Below, in pieces: positions 9,401-18,810 of a stretch of DNA of 64,000 bases. Where the stretch lies: contig DATLUX010000500.1 in the NCBI GenBank assembly GCA_035577805.1, forward strand, positions 19,643 through 83,642, given 5' to 3'. A program made the position numbers and the translations under genes. Numbering within the stretch: position 1 is the first letter of the stretch; each line of letters starts with the position of its first letter. Below the pieces are notes generated by a model, which searched no databases, was not told the DNA's origin, and saw nothing but the letters and a program-made list of their open reading frames with translations. The DNA is from Verrucomicrobiia bacterium (GTDB lineage: Bacteria; Verrucomicrobiota; Verrucomicrobiia; Limisphaerales; JADJPG01).

Positions 9401-9613
9401 GTCAGGAAGCCTGCCCTGAGCTTGTCGAAGGGGCTCACTCTATCCCAACGCGTTCTCCGGAAAAAAGATCAGAGCCTCGTGACCTCGGCTGCTACGTTAG
9501 ATTGGCTTGTCAGGAAGCCTGCCCTGAGCTTGTCGAAGGGGCTCACTCTACCCCAATGCGTTCTCCGGGAAAAAGATCAGAGCCTCGTGACCTCGGCTGC
9601 TACGTTAGATTGG
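9401..9613 (+). repeat. Two-copy tandem direct repeat, period 108 nt
   Basis: Copy 1 is 9401-9505 and copy 2 is 9509-9613. Both read 'gtcaggaagcctgccctgagcttgtcgaaggggctcactcta...cctcggctgctacgttagattgg', with 3 substitutions between copies. Confidence 0.95.
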
Positions 9614-11175
9614 TGGGTTCATGGTGCGCCTTCGCGTTTGCCCTTTCTGCTGGCGCGGCCATCGGAGCCGTCAGACCAGATCCAACTCAGACGCCGGCCT
9701 CCAAGACCGAGGCGCGCGCCGCGTTCTTTGCCGAACGATCGGTGCTGTCTTTTCACGTGGAAGTCGATGCGTCTGACCTCGCCAAACTGCGCCGCGCGCC
9801 CCGGACTTACGTGCATGGCACGGTCCGGCAGGGCGCCCTGGAATTGACCAATGTGGGCATTCGGCTCAAGGGCATGGGCAGTTTCCGGACGGTCGACGAA
9901 AAGCCGAGCCTAACCTTGAAGTTCGACGAGTTCGTGCCCGGTCAGGAATACTGTGGCCTGACCAAACTGCTCTTGAACAACTCGGCGCAAGACCCGACGT
10001 ATCTGGCTGAATTGCTGGCCACGGGCTTGTTTCGCGACGCGGGGGTGCCGGCAGCGCGAGTGACCCATGCGCTGGTGCAACTGAATGGGCGGGATCTTGG
10101 GCTTTGCGTGGCGATCGAAGCGATGAACAAGCGCTTTCTCAAGGAACATTTCCGCAGCGCAGAAGGGAATCTTTACGAGGGTTACCTGGCTGACATCGAT
10201 GCGCAACTCGACCAGGACAACGGCAAGCCGGGCGATCAGGAGGATCGCAAGCTTCTGCTTGAAGCCACCCGCATCGAGGAGCCGCACCGGCGCTACCAGG
10301 AGCTCAATTGCGTGCTGGATATCGATCGCTTCATCTCCTTTGCGGCCATGGAAATGTTAGTCGCCCAATGGGACGGTTACGCCATCCACACCAATAATTA
10401 CCGGCTCTATCACGACCCCAGCTCGGACAAGATGGTCTTCATCACGCACGGCTTGGACTGGGCCTTTCGACGCCCCAACACCTCCATCCAGCCGCCCACC
10501 AAGAGCATCGTCGGACGCGCCGTCCTACAGACCCAGGAAGGCCAACGCCTGTATCGAGAGCGAGTGGGCACGCTTTTCACCAATGTTTTTCGTCTGCCCG
10601 TCCTGAGCAATCGCATCGACCAGGCCCTCGCGCGGATCCGCGCCACTGCCTTGAACCCGTCCGACTTGGCCCTGATCGAACGGAATGCTACCCTCCTGCG
10701 CGAACGCATCACCTTGCGCGCCCAGCGCGTGGGCGAACAGCTCGCTGGGATCCCGCCGGCCCCGCTTCGCCTTGGAACCGATGGCACCGCCCAGCCCGAG
10801 GGATGGCGGGAGGAATTCGATCGAGGCGAACCGGTGATGGACCGGCCGGAGGCCGACGGGAAAGCCACCTTGCATGTGCAGGCAAGAGGCGGGCGCAGCC
10901 GCGCTTCCTGGCGGGCGCAGGTCTGCCTGGCCCAGGGTCGTTACCGGTTCGAAGGCCTGCTCCGCACCGAAGGGGTTACGGGCGGGAGCGTCGGCCTGCG
11001 CATCTCGGGCGATACCACCAACCGGCGCATCAACGGAACGACCGCCTGGCGCGCGATGGCTCACGAATTCGAAGTCAAGGATCCAATCGCCGATGTCGAA
11101 GTGGTCTGTGAATTCCACGCCCTGCAAGGAGAGGTTTGGTTCGATCTTAATTCGCTAAAACTGCGCCGGCTCTAA
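9556..11175 (+). CDS. CotH family protein (secreted atypical kinase-like)
   Basis: CotH-like core: 'LTLKFDEFVPGQEY...LLLNNSAQDPTYLAELLATGLFRDAGVPAAR...LNGRDLGLCVAIEAMNKRFLKEHF...GNLYEG'. The maximal ORF starts at 9343 but runs through the tandem repeat. ATG 9556, or TTG/GTG at 9610/9613, gives a signal-like 'MRSPGKRSEPRDLGCYVRLVGSWCAFAFALSAGAAIGA'. The start is uncertain. Confidence 0.75.
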   Translation: MRSPGKRSEPRDLGCYVRLVGSWCAFAFALSAGAAIGAVRPDPTQTPASKTEARAAFFAERSVLSFHVEVDASDLAKLRRAPRTYVHGTVRQGALELTNVGIRLKGMGSFRTVDEKPSLTLKFDEFVPGQEYCGLTKLLLNNSAQDPTYLAELLATGLFRDAGVPAARVTHALVQLNGRDLGLCVAIEAMNKRFLKEHFRSAEGNLYEGYLADIDAQLDQDNGKPGDQEDRKLLLEATRIEEPHRRYQELNCVLDIDRFISFAAMEMLVAQWDGYAIHTNNYRLYHDPSSDKMVFITHGLDWAFRRPNTSIQPPTKSIVGRAVLQTQEGQRLYRERVGTLFTNVFRLPVLSNRIDQALARIRATALNPSDLALIERNATLLRERITLRAQRVGEQLAGIPPAPLRLGTDGTAQPEGWREEFDRGEPVMDRPEADGKATLHVQARGGRSRASWRAQVCLAQGRYRFEGLLRTEGVTGGSVGLRISGDTTNRRINGTTAWRAMAHEFEVKDPIADVEVVCEFHALQGEVWFDLNSLKLRRL

Positions 11176-11372
11176 CCAAGCGCTCGGCGCGGAGGAGGTC
11201 AGGGCGAAGGCTGAAACACAAAGAGGGCGCCGCCAGTGAAGCAGCGCCCCGAGCCCTCGGACCGCGTCCGGCCCGAAGGTTACCCCTACGCCAACCCAAT
11301 GAGCAGGACCCAAGGGACGCCTGTCGGTCCTGTGGCACACTTCCCATACGACGCCCTCACACCCCGGCCTGG

Positions 11373-12596
11373 TTACAGCCTATTTTCGGCGGCACCGGCC
11401 AGGAACGCCCGAGTCACGGCCGCCACGACCGCCTCGACCGGGATGCCAGTCATGCACCGAGAATCGATCGGACAAACTTTTAAAAAGCAGGGCGCGCAAT
11501 CAACGGGAACGCGGAGGATCTCATGCTGCAACGCCGAAACCGCAGGCTGGCTAAGGCGTAATTCTTCAGGACCCATGACGTTGCTTCCTGCCTCGGGCAA
11601 ACCAGGACGCGTTAGTTCAGGTGAGGTGCTGCCGAATGGTGCGACCACCGAGGTCCCAACCGCCGCCGCCAGATGCATGGGCCCGGAATCGTTCGTCAGG
11701 ATCAAATCGCACGTATGCAACGCCGCGCATAACTCGCCCAACGAGGTCTGGCCGGCCAAACACTTTATCGGGGACGCCGCGCCCGCTTCTCTGGAGCCGA
11801 TTGCATTCGCAATCTGGCCGGCGATAGACGAGGCCAACCCAACCTCTGCCGGCCCCCCAAACACCCACCAGTGACAACCCAACTGGCGATGCAAAGCCAC
11901 CGCCGCGGCCACGAAACGTTCCGCCGGCCAACGCTTGGCCGGCCCATATTCCGCACCCGGGTTGAGTCCAAACAAAGGCGCGGAGTCTGGAGCCTGGAAC
12001 CGTTCGCGCACTGCTGCGACCCGCTCGGGCACCACGGCAATCAACGGAGCCAACGGAGTCGGATCGGCGCCCAGCACCGCCGCCAGATGGAGGTAATGAT
12101 AAAGATGATGCGCTTGGGGCGAAATGACCGGCACCGGCGCGGTTCCCGCAATCCGTCGCTGGACCTCCCCTCGAGATGGTTTGTGCATCCGGATTTCTTC
12201 GGGGCGCCGCGGCGCGCGCGTGGTGAGAAGCAGGTCGCGCCAGGGTCGCGCGGCACCCACCCGGCGCGGGATTCGGGCCAACCACGCCTCGAGGGCCGAT
12301 CGCGGAGAGTTCGGCAGAATCAATGCCGTGTCGTACCCGCCGACCCGCAACCGCGCGGCGACAGCAAATACACTTTCCCGCCGATCAAACTCCAGCAGGG
12401 CGTCGAGCGCAGGATGCGCTTTCCAGAGATCACTGAGCTTGCTTGGAGTCAGCAGCGTGAGGTGCGCATCGGGATAGGCTTGTCGCAGACGCAACAGGGC
12501 CGGGGTGCTCATGACGGCGTCCCCTAGCCAGTTGACTGATCTCACCAGGATCCGGCGCGGTGGCGCACCGGTGAAGGAAACAGGGCGGGCGATCAT
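11373..12596 (-). CDS. waaF: Glycosyltransferase family 9 (LPS heptosyltransferase II-like)
   Basis: N-terminal 'RILVRSVNWLGDAVMSTPALLRLRQAYPDAHLTLL' and C-terminal 'LILTNDSGPMHLAAAVGTSVVAPFGST' are typical of ADP-heptose:LPS heptosyltransferases. It follows lpxK and an lpxL-family gene on the same strand. Confidence 0.75.
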   Translation of the reverse strand: MIARPVSFTGAPPRRILVRSVNWLGDAVMSTPALLRLRQAYPDAHLTLLTPSKLSDLWKAHPALDALLEFDRRESVFAVAARLRVGGYDTALILPNSPRSALEAWLARIPRRVGAARPWRDLLLTTRAPRRPEEIRMHKPSRGEVQRRIAGTAPVPVISPQAHHLYHYLHLAAVLGADPTPLAPLIAVVPERVAAVRERFQAPDSAPLFGLNPGAEYGPAKRWPAERFVAAAVALHRQLGCHWWVFGGPAEVGLASSIAGQIANAIGSREAGAASPIKCLAGQTSLGELCAALHTCDLILTNDSGPMHLAAAVGTSVVAPFGSTSPELTRPGLPEAGSNVMGPEELRLSQPAVSALQHEILRVPVDCAPCFLKVCPIDSRCMTGIPVEAVVAAVTRAFLAGAAENRL

Positions 12597-12612
12597 CCCG
12601 AACAGGACCGGC

Positions 12613-13557
12613 CTAAGTCGCCTCGGCGGTCGGCCGGCTGGTGGAGGCCGGGCGCGGACCCCTCGAGTCGGACGGTTGCTTGTCAGGTTTCCACCGATTA
12701 TGCACCCAGAACCAATTGGCCGGGTCCCGGCGGACGGCTGCTTCGAAAGCGCGGTTGATATCGGAGGTGATCGCTTCGACGCGGCGGGGTTTGCCCCCCT
12801 CGCGGACGGGGATCTCGTCGCCTACTTCGATGCGCCAGCGGCCCAGGCCGACCCGGTAACAGATGCTGGTGTGCAGCGCGCAATCATAACGCAAGGCCAA
12901 CACAGCCGGAGACGCGGTGGTGGCGCAATCGTGTCCGAAGAACGGAACCCGCACGCCGCCCGTGCCCGCATGTTGGTCGGCCAGCAAGCCCAGCATTTTG
13001 CCGCCGCCCAGCATCCAGGCTTTCAAGGCGGACGCCTGCGTGCGCCGCTCGAAAAACACGCACCCGGACCCTTCGCGCAACGAGAGGACCAGGCGATCGA
13101 CGCGGGGCTGACGAAAGCCGCGGTATGTCGTGCCAAAGCGCAGGAACGAAACGAGTGGGTTGAGGCGGGCGTAGAGCTCGAAGTTGCCGAAATGACCGAT
13201 CGCCGTGATCACACTCTGCGGCGTATCGGGCGAGCCGCGGCGGGCGTACTTGTCGCCGCCGACAAACTCGATTAACGGACGCAGTTCCTCCCAGCTCATG
13301 GAGGCGGTCTTCATCGCGCAACAATAGTTCTCCCCAAGCCGCCGGAAATTTTCGCGCGCCAGCTGGCGGAGTTCCTCCGGCGATTTTTCGGCTCCCAGGC
13401 AAAGGGCCAGGTTGCGTTGAGCCACGCGGCGATGACGACCATCCAGGGCATAAGCAACCGCTCCGCCCGCCCGCCCCAGCCGCGCCACCCAGGGCAAAGG
13501 CAAAGACTGCAGGAACTTCAGCAACCCGAGCGCCACCACATAAAGGACCGCGTCCAT
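12613..13557 (-). CDS. Lipid A biosynthesis (LpxL/HtrB-type) lysophospholipid acyltransferase family protein
   Basis: 314 aa. 'AIGHFGNFE' matches the HX4(D/E) acyltransferase motif region. The length and N-terminal membrane anchor fit LpxL-family late acyltransferases. It lies in an operon with lpxK. Confidence 0.7.
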   Translation of the reverse strand: MDAVLYVVALGLLKFLQSLPLPWVARLGRAGGAVAYALDGRHRRVAQRNLALCLGAEKSPEELRQLARENFRRLGENYCCAMKTASMSWEELRPLIEFVGGDKYARRGSPDTPQSVITAIGHFGNFELYARLNPLVSFLRFGTTYRGFRQPRVDRLVLSLREGSGCVFFERRTQASALKAWMLGGGKMLGLLADQHAGTGGVRVPFFGHDCATTASPAVLALRYDCALHTSICYRVGLGRWRIEVGDEIPVREGGKPRRVEAITSDINRAFEAAVRRDPANWFWVHNRWKPDKQPSDSRGPRPASTSRPTAEAT

Positions 13558-13560
13558 GCT

Positions 13561-14754
13561 TCACCGAAAACAGATCTGCCGCACACAATCGTTGAAGTCC
13601 TTGGCCCCCGTCACGATCTTAATTTCCACGCGCATAAAACAAATCGGCAGATCCCGTCGATCGATCTTGGGAAAGCGGACGGCGTCCTTTTGCGTGGTGA
13701 TGATGGCGGTGGCCTGGCGTTTTTTACTGCGGTTGACGGCGTTTAACACTTCCTGTTGCGTGAAACGATGGTGGTCGGCAAAGCGCTTGGAATAGACCAG
13801 TTCCGCCCCCAAGGCCACCAAACTGTTCTCGAAGCTCTCGGGCTGCGCGATGCCGCTGAAGGCCGCCACTTTGCGCCCCTTCAGATAGTCCAGCTGCACT
13901 TGTTCACCCGTAAACACATCCTCCAAATAAAGCGGATGATGAATGCACTCGATAATCCCGGCGCTGGGATTGAGCCGGGCAATGCGCGCACGCAACGCTC
14001 CGGTCTTGCCGTCGCTTTTGGTGATGAAGATCGTGCCGGCCCGCAACAGATGCGTGGGCGGCTCCCGCAGCGTCCCGCGCGGCAGCAAAAATTCGTTCCC
14101 GAACGGGGCCTGACAATCAATCAACACAATGTCGCGCCGGCGCCCCGCCAGCTTCCAGTACTGAAACCCGTCATCCAACAATAATGTGTCGCATGCGAAC
14201 TTTTCGATCGCGTAACGCCCGCTCTTGACCCGATCCTTATCCACTAGCACCACCACATCCCGCAGGTTGGACGCCAGCATGTACGGCTCGTCCCCCGACG
14301 TCTCCGAATCCAACAGCAGCGATTTGCCGTCCGAGACCACGCGCGGCGGCGTCGTATCGGACCGCAATAAAATCCGGTCGAGCAGCCGTTTGGTCAGAGG
14401 CGGAGGTTTGGACCGATAACCTCGGGACAAGATCGCCACCTTGCGGCCTTGATTCTGCAACTCCCGCGCAAACTTCTCCACCACCGGGGTCTTGCCCGTG
14501 CCGCCCACCGTGAGGTTGCCGATGGCGATGACCTGAATGCCCAGCGTGGAATCGCGCAACAACCGCACGTCGTAAAGGAAACGGCGCAGCTTGACCACCA
14601 CCAGGAAGGCCTTCGAGACGAAGAACAATAGAAAACGCGCGACGGCCGCGGTTTTGTCGCGGCGTTCCTCCAGGATAACCTGCAGGAAGAACGTCTCGAT
14701 GGCTTCAGACCAGGCTCGGAACGTGTCGCGCATGCAGGGCGCGGAGTCTGCCAA
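13561..14754 (-). CDS. lpxK: Tetraacyldisaccharide 4'-kinase
   Basis: 'VIAIGNLTVGGTGKTPVVEKFARELQNQGRKVAILSRGY' is the LpxK P-loop region. It lies in a lipid A gene context. Confidence 0.85.
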   Translation of the reverse strand: MADSAPCMRDTFRAWSEAIETFFLQVILEERRDKTAAVARFLLFFVSKAFLVVVKLRRFLYDVRLLRDSTLGIQVIAIGNLTVGGTGKTPVVEKFARELQNQGRKVAILSRGYRSKPPPLTKRLLDRILLRSDTTPPRVVSDGKSLLLDSETSGDEPYMLASNLRDVVVLVDKDRVKSGRYAIEKFACDTLLLDDGFQYWKLAGRRRDIVLIDCQAPFGNEFLLPRGTLREPPTHLLRAGTIFITKSDGKTGALRARIARLNPSAGIIECIHHPLYLEDVFTGEQVQLDYLKGRKVAAFSGIAQPESFENSLVALGAELVYSKRFADHHRFTQQEVLNAVNRSKKRQATAIITTQKDAVRFPKIDRRDLPICFMRVEIKIVTGAKDFNDCVRQICFR

Positions 14755-14845
14755 CGCGCCCTAAAACTTCAAAGGGGAAACAAAGCTGAGAAAGATGAGA
14801 CGTGCCCCTTCCGGCGCGTGCGCCGGCCCAGGTCGCGCCCAGAGC

Positions 14846-15274
14846 CTACGCGTGACGACGGTAAAGATCAGAAACGAAATGGGCGGGTTGCCGGCTCGCC
14901 GCCGCCATTTCCCGAGCTGGGATCAATCCGCGACGCAACAGGCTCTGTTCATTTTCGCGATCGAGCAGAATGATGCGCATGATGAGGTCCTGCACCTGCC
15001 GGATGAGAAATTGGGTCTCGGGCTGGGCGGACCGTCCGGCGGGTGGAAGACTTTGCCAGGCCGACCGGAGGCAGCGAATCTTCCCTAGGGACTCATGGAG
15101 ATGGGGCAGGAGGAGGCGTTTGAGGCGATAGATCTCGTGGAGGGCATCGGGTTGGTCCTGGCGCAGGGCAAGTGACTCGCGTTCGGCCAGGGCCAGCAAC
15201 TCGCGGCAGATGGCCTGATGGGAGCGGAGATCGGCCAGGGTTTGCGGGGCGCTATTCATGGGCTGGCGGGTCAC
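14846..15274 (-). CDS. Hypothetical helical protein
   Basis: 142-aa ORF. Its GTG start overlaps the stop of the upstream TPR gene (GTGA). Helical and Leu/Arg/Gln-rich. A faint FlgN-like feel that I cannot support. Confidence 0.5.
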   Translation of the reverse strand: MTRQPMNSAPQTLADLRSHQAICRELLALAERESLALRQDQPDALHEIYRLKRLLLPHLHESLGKIRCLRSAWQSLPPAGRSAQPETQFLIRQVQDLIMRIILLDRENEQSLLRRGLIPAREMAAASRQPAHFVSDLYRRHA

Positions 15275-16686
15275 GGCGCTGAAGGAGGTTTACGGTTCGA
15301 AGGCGGCGGTGGTCCGAGGTGCAGCGCTTGCACGGCGACCTGAGTGCGGCCTTGCCAGGCCAAGTGCTCCTTTCTGAACCGGGCCATATCAACGATGGTT
15401 TTAAGGCTTGGTTCGGCCCCCGCCGCGGTGAGCTCCTTTTCGCGACTGAGAATGACCGTGTAAGCCGCGGTGGCTTTCTCGGGTTGATTGAGCCGTTCAT
15501 AGATGAGGCCGAGCTGATATTGGACAGGCAACTGCCAGGCGAGGCTGGCATCGAGCCCAGCCAGATGATCATAGATCTGCAGCGCATGCAGGTAATCGCC
15601 CTCCAGATAAAGTTGGTTGGCGATTTCATTGCCGGCCCGCTGTTGCCAATAGATCCAGGAGTCGCCGTTGGTTTGGGCCGCTGCCTCCTGGCTTTCGAGC
15701 AATTTGATCACATGCACCAGGGCCTCGGCGCTGCGGCCCAGTTGTTTCAGGGCGTTGGCGCACATAAAACGCAGTTCCGGAGTTTCCGGGGCATCCGGGT
15801 TCGTTTCGAAAAACTTTTCCGCTTGGCTGATGACTTCGGAGTGTTTGTCGAGGGCGGCCAGGCAGCGGATCACTTTGAACTGCACCCGAGCGCGATTAAG
15901 TTCCGGCGTGTCTTGTTTGAGAAGGCGCCCAAAAAAATCGCTGGCTTCCGCAAATTTCCCCTGCAGATAGTACGTATCCGCAATCTCGGTCTGCGCCTGG
16001 AGCACCAGCCGCTTGTAGTAATCGAATTGCTCCAGCTTCAAATTCAGCGCGGAGTTCATCACCGCATAATATTTCGCCAGGGCCAGTTGGTGCGCGCCCA
16101 ACTGGCGAAAGATTAGACCTTGCCTGAGCAACACCTCGGGCACCGTCGGATCTTCCGGGAACAGTTTCAGATACTGCGCCAAAATTTGTTGGGCTCTCGA
16201 AAGTTGGTTTTCATCCTGCGCCAGCAACGCCAACTCGTACAACGCCGCGCGCTGCAACTCCGCCGGCAACGCATCCTCCAACAAGGTAATCAACATCCTC
16301 GAGGCGCCCGCAAAATCCTGGCTCCGGCGCAACTGCCGCGCCGTATCAATCTGAAACCGAGCATCCAGCCTGGGATCTTTTGGCGGAGCAGGCGAGGCCG
16401 CCTGGTCGCTGGGACGGAGAAGATTGCTGCTGGCCAGGGCCTCCGTCACCGCGGCGGGCGGGACCGCCGACGAAGGCGGCTCATTGGTCGCGCGCTCGGC
16501 ACCAGGACGCGCCGGTGCACCCTCATTCGGGATCGAGCCGACTTCAGCCGGCCAACTCGTGACGAGACCAAGCCACAATCCGATCGCGCATCCCCAAGCC
16601 CATCCGGGCAGTGCGCACACACCCAGCCCGCCTGCCCGCAGGCTGCGGGCCGCGTTCCATCCTTCAGTGTCGGCGACGGCTCTCAT
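15271..16686 (-). CDS. Tetratricopeptide-repeat protein, secreted or membrane-anchored
   Basis: 471 aa. N-terminal hydrophobic segment 'GWAWGCAIGLWLGLV'. Repeated TPR-like helices, e.g. 'IADTYYLQGKFAEASDFFGRLL' and 'IANQLYLEGDYLHALQIYDHL'. ATGA overlap with the upstream gene. Confidence 0.7.
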   Translation of the reverse strand: MRAVADTEGWNAARSLRAGGLGVCALPGWAWGCAIGLWLGLVTSWPAEVGSIPNEGAPARPGAERATNEPPSSAVPPAAVTEALASSNLLRPSDQAASPAPPKDPRLDARFQIDTARQLRRSQDFAGASRMLITLLEDALPAELQRAALYELALLAQDENQLSRAQQILAQYLKLFPEDPTVPEVLLRQGLIFRQLGAHQLALAKYYAVMNSALNLKLEQFDYYKRLVLQAQTEIADTYYLQGKFAEASDFFGRLLKQDTPELNRARVQFKVIRCLAALDKHSEVISQAEKFFETNPDAPETPELRFMCANALKQLGRSAEALVHVIKLLESQEAAAQTNGDSWIYWQQRAGNEIANQLYLEGDYLHALQIYDHLAGLDASLAWQLPVQYQLGLIYERLNQPEKATAAYTVILSREKELTAAGAEPSLKTIVDMARFRKEHLAWQGRTQVAVQALHLGPPPPSNRKPPSAP

Positions 16687-17264
16687 GGTTTACCCGAGGA
16701 CGCAGGCGTCGTTTCAAAGGAGGCCGAACTCGACGGCGGACGCGGCGCCGGTGGTATGAACGGGACTGGACCGAAGATCGAAACGGCCGGCGAATTGTTG
16801 GTGGAACGGGTGACAAAGAACCTCATCAACGCGTACAAATCCGGGGTAATCCCGGAAGTCGAGCCGTCATTTTGCCACAAAGGCGCGGAAGGAAATTGCG
16901 GATCAATTGGCACCGGAAAAAGGAAGCTGGAGATGGGCGGTTCCTCCGGCTTGTTCGAGCCCGGCGGCTGCGGGCCGGGCGCAGATTCCGGCGGCGAAAC
17001 CAGCTTGCCCTCAGGCGCGTTGGTCGCAGCGGCCACTGGATGCGCAGGGTCGCCCGCGACGACGGACTCAGGCGCAGACGCGCTCGCAGGCAGGGGCGGC
17101 AACGACACCGCAACGGTGGGTGCCGCCGGCGGCATGGCGAAACGAAGAGGAGGCGGGCCGACCGCGGGCAGGTAGGCGGGCTCTCCGGCCGCCAGGGTCA
17201 GCCGGCACAAACAACTCACCAGCGCGGTCAGAACCGCACCTGTATGGAATGGCATCAGGTTCAA
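16683..17264 (-). CDS. Pro-rich secreted hypothetical protein
   Basis: 193 aa. Signal-like 'AVLTALVSCLCRLTLAAG' followed by a Pro/Ala-rich low-complexity region. First gene of three translationally coupled ORFs. Confidence 0.5.
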   Translation of the reverse strand: MNLMPFHTGAVLTALVSCLCRLTLAAGEPAYLPAVGPPPLRFAMPPAAPTVAVSLPPLPASASAPESVVAGDPAHPVAAATNAPEGKLVSPPESAPGPQPPGSNKPEEPPISSFLFPVPIDPQFPSAPLWQNDGSTSGITPDLYALMRFFVTRSTNNSPAVSIFGPVPFIPPAPRPPSSSASFETTPASSGKP

Positions 17265-17475
17265 GCGCGATTTAATCTGACTGACTCGATTTCTGACTCG
17301 AGGTCCAAGTTTGCAGCATTAGGCGCCTTGTGTGAAGCACATGTCGCGCCGCCCATTGATGCCCCGCGCTCTTAACTTACCCCGCGGACTGCACCCGGAC
17401 GCGGCACGCACGTTTGTCCAAGGAAAATGGCCGTTCCCAGCTTAACTTCGGTCACCAGCAGACGATGATCGAGGC

Positions 17476-18429
17476 ATGACGACCGACACCCTGTCGGCAG
17501 GGCCGGCTCCGGCTTCCGCAGCCGCCCCGCCGCAGCCCCTAACCCGCGAACAGATCGAAAACCGCCTGAAGGATTGTCCACGGCTACCCTCGCTCGGCTC
17601 GATCAACAGCGCCTTGCGAGAATTGTTGGGCGCCGATCATCGGTATACGTCGCAGGTGGCTGAGATCATCCGGCGCGACCCCAGCCTGACCGCCCGGTTG
17701 CTGCGTCTGGTCAACTCGGTTTATTACGGCCTTTCCAGTCCCGTGAATAATATTGAGGAAGCGGTCTTTTACCTCGGTGTGCGCCAGATCCGGCAGTTAG
17801 TGATGGTCACGCCGATCATCGAGGACTTCCAGCGTCTGGCCGGAAAGACTCTCTTCCCATGGCGCAATTTCTGGCAGCACTGCATCGGCACCGCTATTCT
17901 CACCCGGGAAGTGATCAGCGCGGTGCGCATGCCCACCGACGATGTCGATTATGTGTGCGGGCTGATTCATGACGTCGGCAAAATCGCCCTGGCCGCCGCT
18001 TGCCCGGAACATTTTGATGCCATTTACGGCGAAAACACCCTGACTCCCGCCGGTTCTCTGGAACGGGAACGGGCTGTTCTGGGCATGGATCACGCCGAAT
18101 TAGGCGCCATCTATCTGGCCAGCCATCATCTGCCCGACGCCCTCGTTGAAGTCGCCCGTTATCATCATCGCCCGGAACGCGCTTCGCATCACGTCCATCT
18201 GGTGGCCGCCGTCCAAATCGCCGACCTCCTCATTCGCCACGCTGCCATCGGCAACAGCGGCAATCCGCATCCCGTCAGCGACCACGACTGGCTCAACGCG
18301 TCCGGCTGGACCCTCCTCTTCCCTTCCCAACCGGACCCCGACAAGGCGGAGTCAGAACGCGGCCTGGCACGAATGAACCTTAAACGCAGCCTGGATCGCT
18401 TGCCCACGGTCCTCGAAGGACTTGTTTAG
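17476..18429 (+). CDS. HDOD domain-containing signalling protein
   Basis: 'LPSLGSINSALRELLGADHRYTSQVAEIIRRDPSLTARLLRLVNSVYYGLSSPVNNIEEAVFYLGVRQI' together with 'GLIHDVGKIAL' are HDOD hallmarks. Confidence 0.85.
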   Translation: MTTDTLSAGPAPASAAAPPQPLTREQIENRLKDCPRLPSLGSINSALRELLGADHRYTSQVAEIIRRDPSLTARLLRLVNSVYYGLSSPVNNIEEAVFYLGVRQIRQLVMVTPIIEDFQRLAGKTLFPWRNFWQHCIGTAILTREVISAVRMPTDDVDYVCGLIHDVGKIALAAACPEHFDAIYGENTLTPAGSLERERAVLGMDHAELGAIYLASHHLPDALVEVARYHHRPERASHHVHLVAAVQIADLLIRHAAIGNSGNPHPVSDHDWLNASGWTLLFPSQPDPDKAESERGLARMNLKRSLDRLPTVLEGLV

Positions 18430-18752
18430 AAACAGGACTTGTTTAGAAACTGATCGCTCGCCAACCCACCACTTCATTTGTGACTATATTGTCGGAGTGC
18501 TGGACGAAAATGATCCTCGTAGCGGAATAGTTCTTCTTCGAGGTACACCGAGCCGATCGGGATCGCTCTGAAAAACAGCGACCGCCGCGGCAGGACTGTG
18601 GGCAGGCAGTGGGTCTGCCGCGGCGGTCTGAGGTTCCCGCAGCGAGGGCTTGGGCGGGTGACGCTACGGGAAAGCGATCGCTCTCCAGCGGAAAAAATTC
18701 ATTGCAACCCGCCCAATTTGTTCGCCGCGCCCCCATCTCCGGGTGTTCGCCC

Positions 18753-18810
18753 AACAAAAAAGGCACAATAAAGTCCGGGGCGTCCAAACGACCGGTCTTA
18801 ATTGTGCCTT
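18753..18810 (-). terminator. Orphan intrinsic-terminator-like hairpin (minus strand)
   Basis: 19-bp stem with 2 mismatches: AAGGCACAATAAAGTCCGG (18760-18778) pairs with CCGGTCTTAATTGTGCCTT (18792-18810). On the minus strand it is followed by TTTTTTG (A-run 18755-18760 on plus). No annotated minus-strand gene lies upstream of it. Confidence 0.4.

Noticed and set aside
9343-9555. N-terminal extensions in the ORF track: CotH from 9343, AsmA-like from 44878, EF-G to 55757, thioredoxin to 49070, cytochrome from 40239, and POP-PhoD to 9240.
   Set aside because: The extensions run through repeats, overlap divergent genes or precede obvious signal peptides or conserved N-termini. Internal starts give canonical N-termini: MKTYQPGDIRNFAVVGH for EF-G, and signal peptides for the others.
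9401-9613. The tandem ~105-nt units contain 'GUCGAAGGGGC' and 'UCUCCGGAAAAAAGAUCAGAG'. These superficially resemble the glycine riboswitch, which is also a tandem aptamer (ACCGAAGGGGCAA ... CUCUCAGGCAAAAGGACAGAG).
   Set aside because: I could not form the required P1/P2/P3 helices: there is no 5' GGAGAG partner and no P3 hairpin. The downstream gene is a CotH protein rather than glycine cleavage or transport. The resemblance is most likely coincidental. An Infernal scan with RF00504 would settle it.
18418-18451. A 17-nt tandem duplication (GGACTTGTTTAGAAACA/GGACTTGTTTAGAAACT) spans the HDOD stop codon.
   Set aside because: It is real in the sequence, but it is a single small duplication that regenerates the same stop. 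There is no evident functional consequence.
18766-18800. 'AAAGUCCGGGGCG' and 'ACCGGUCUUA' resemble the two strands of the RNase P RNA P4 helix.
   Set aside because: The two segments are only about 15 nt apart and simply form the inner part of one hairpin. None of the other conserved RNase P regions is present in the surrounding 600 bp.
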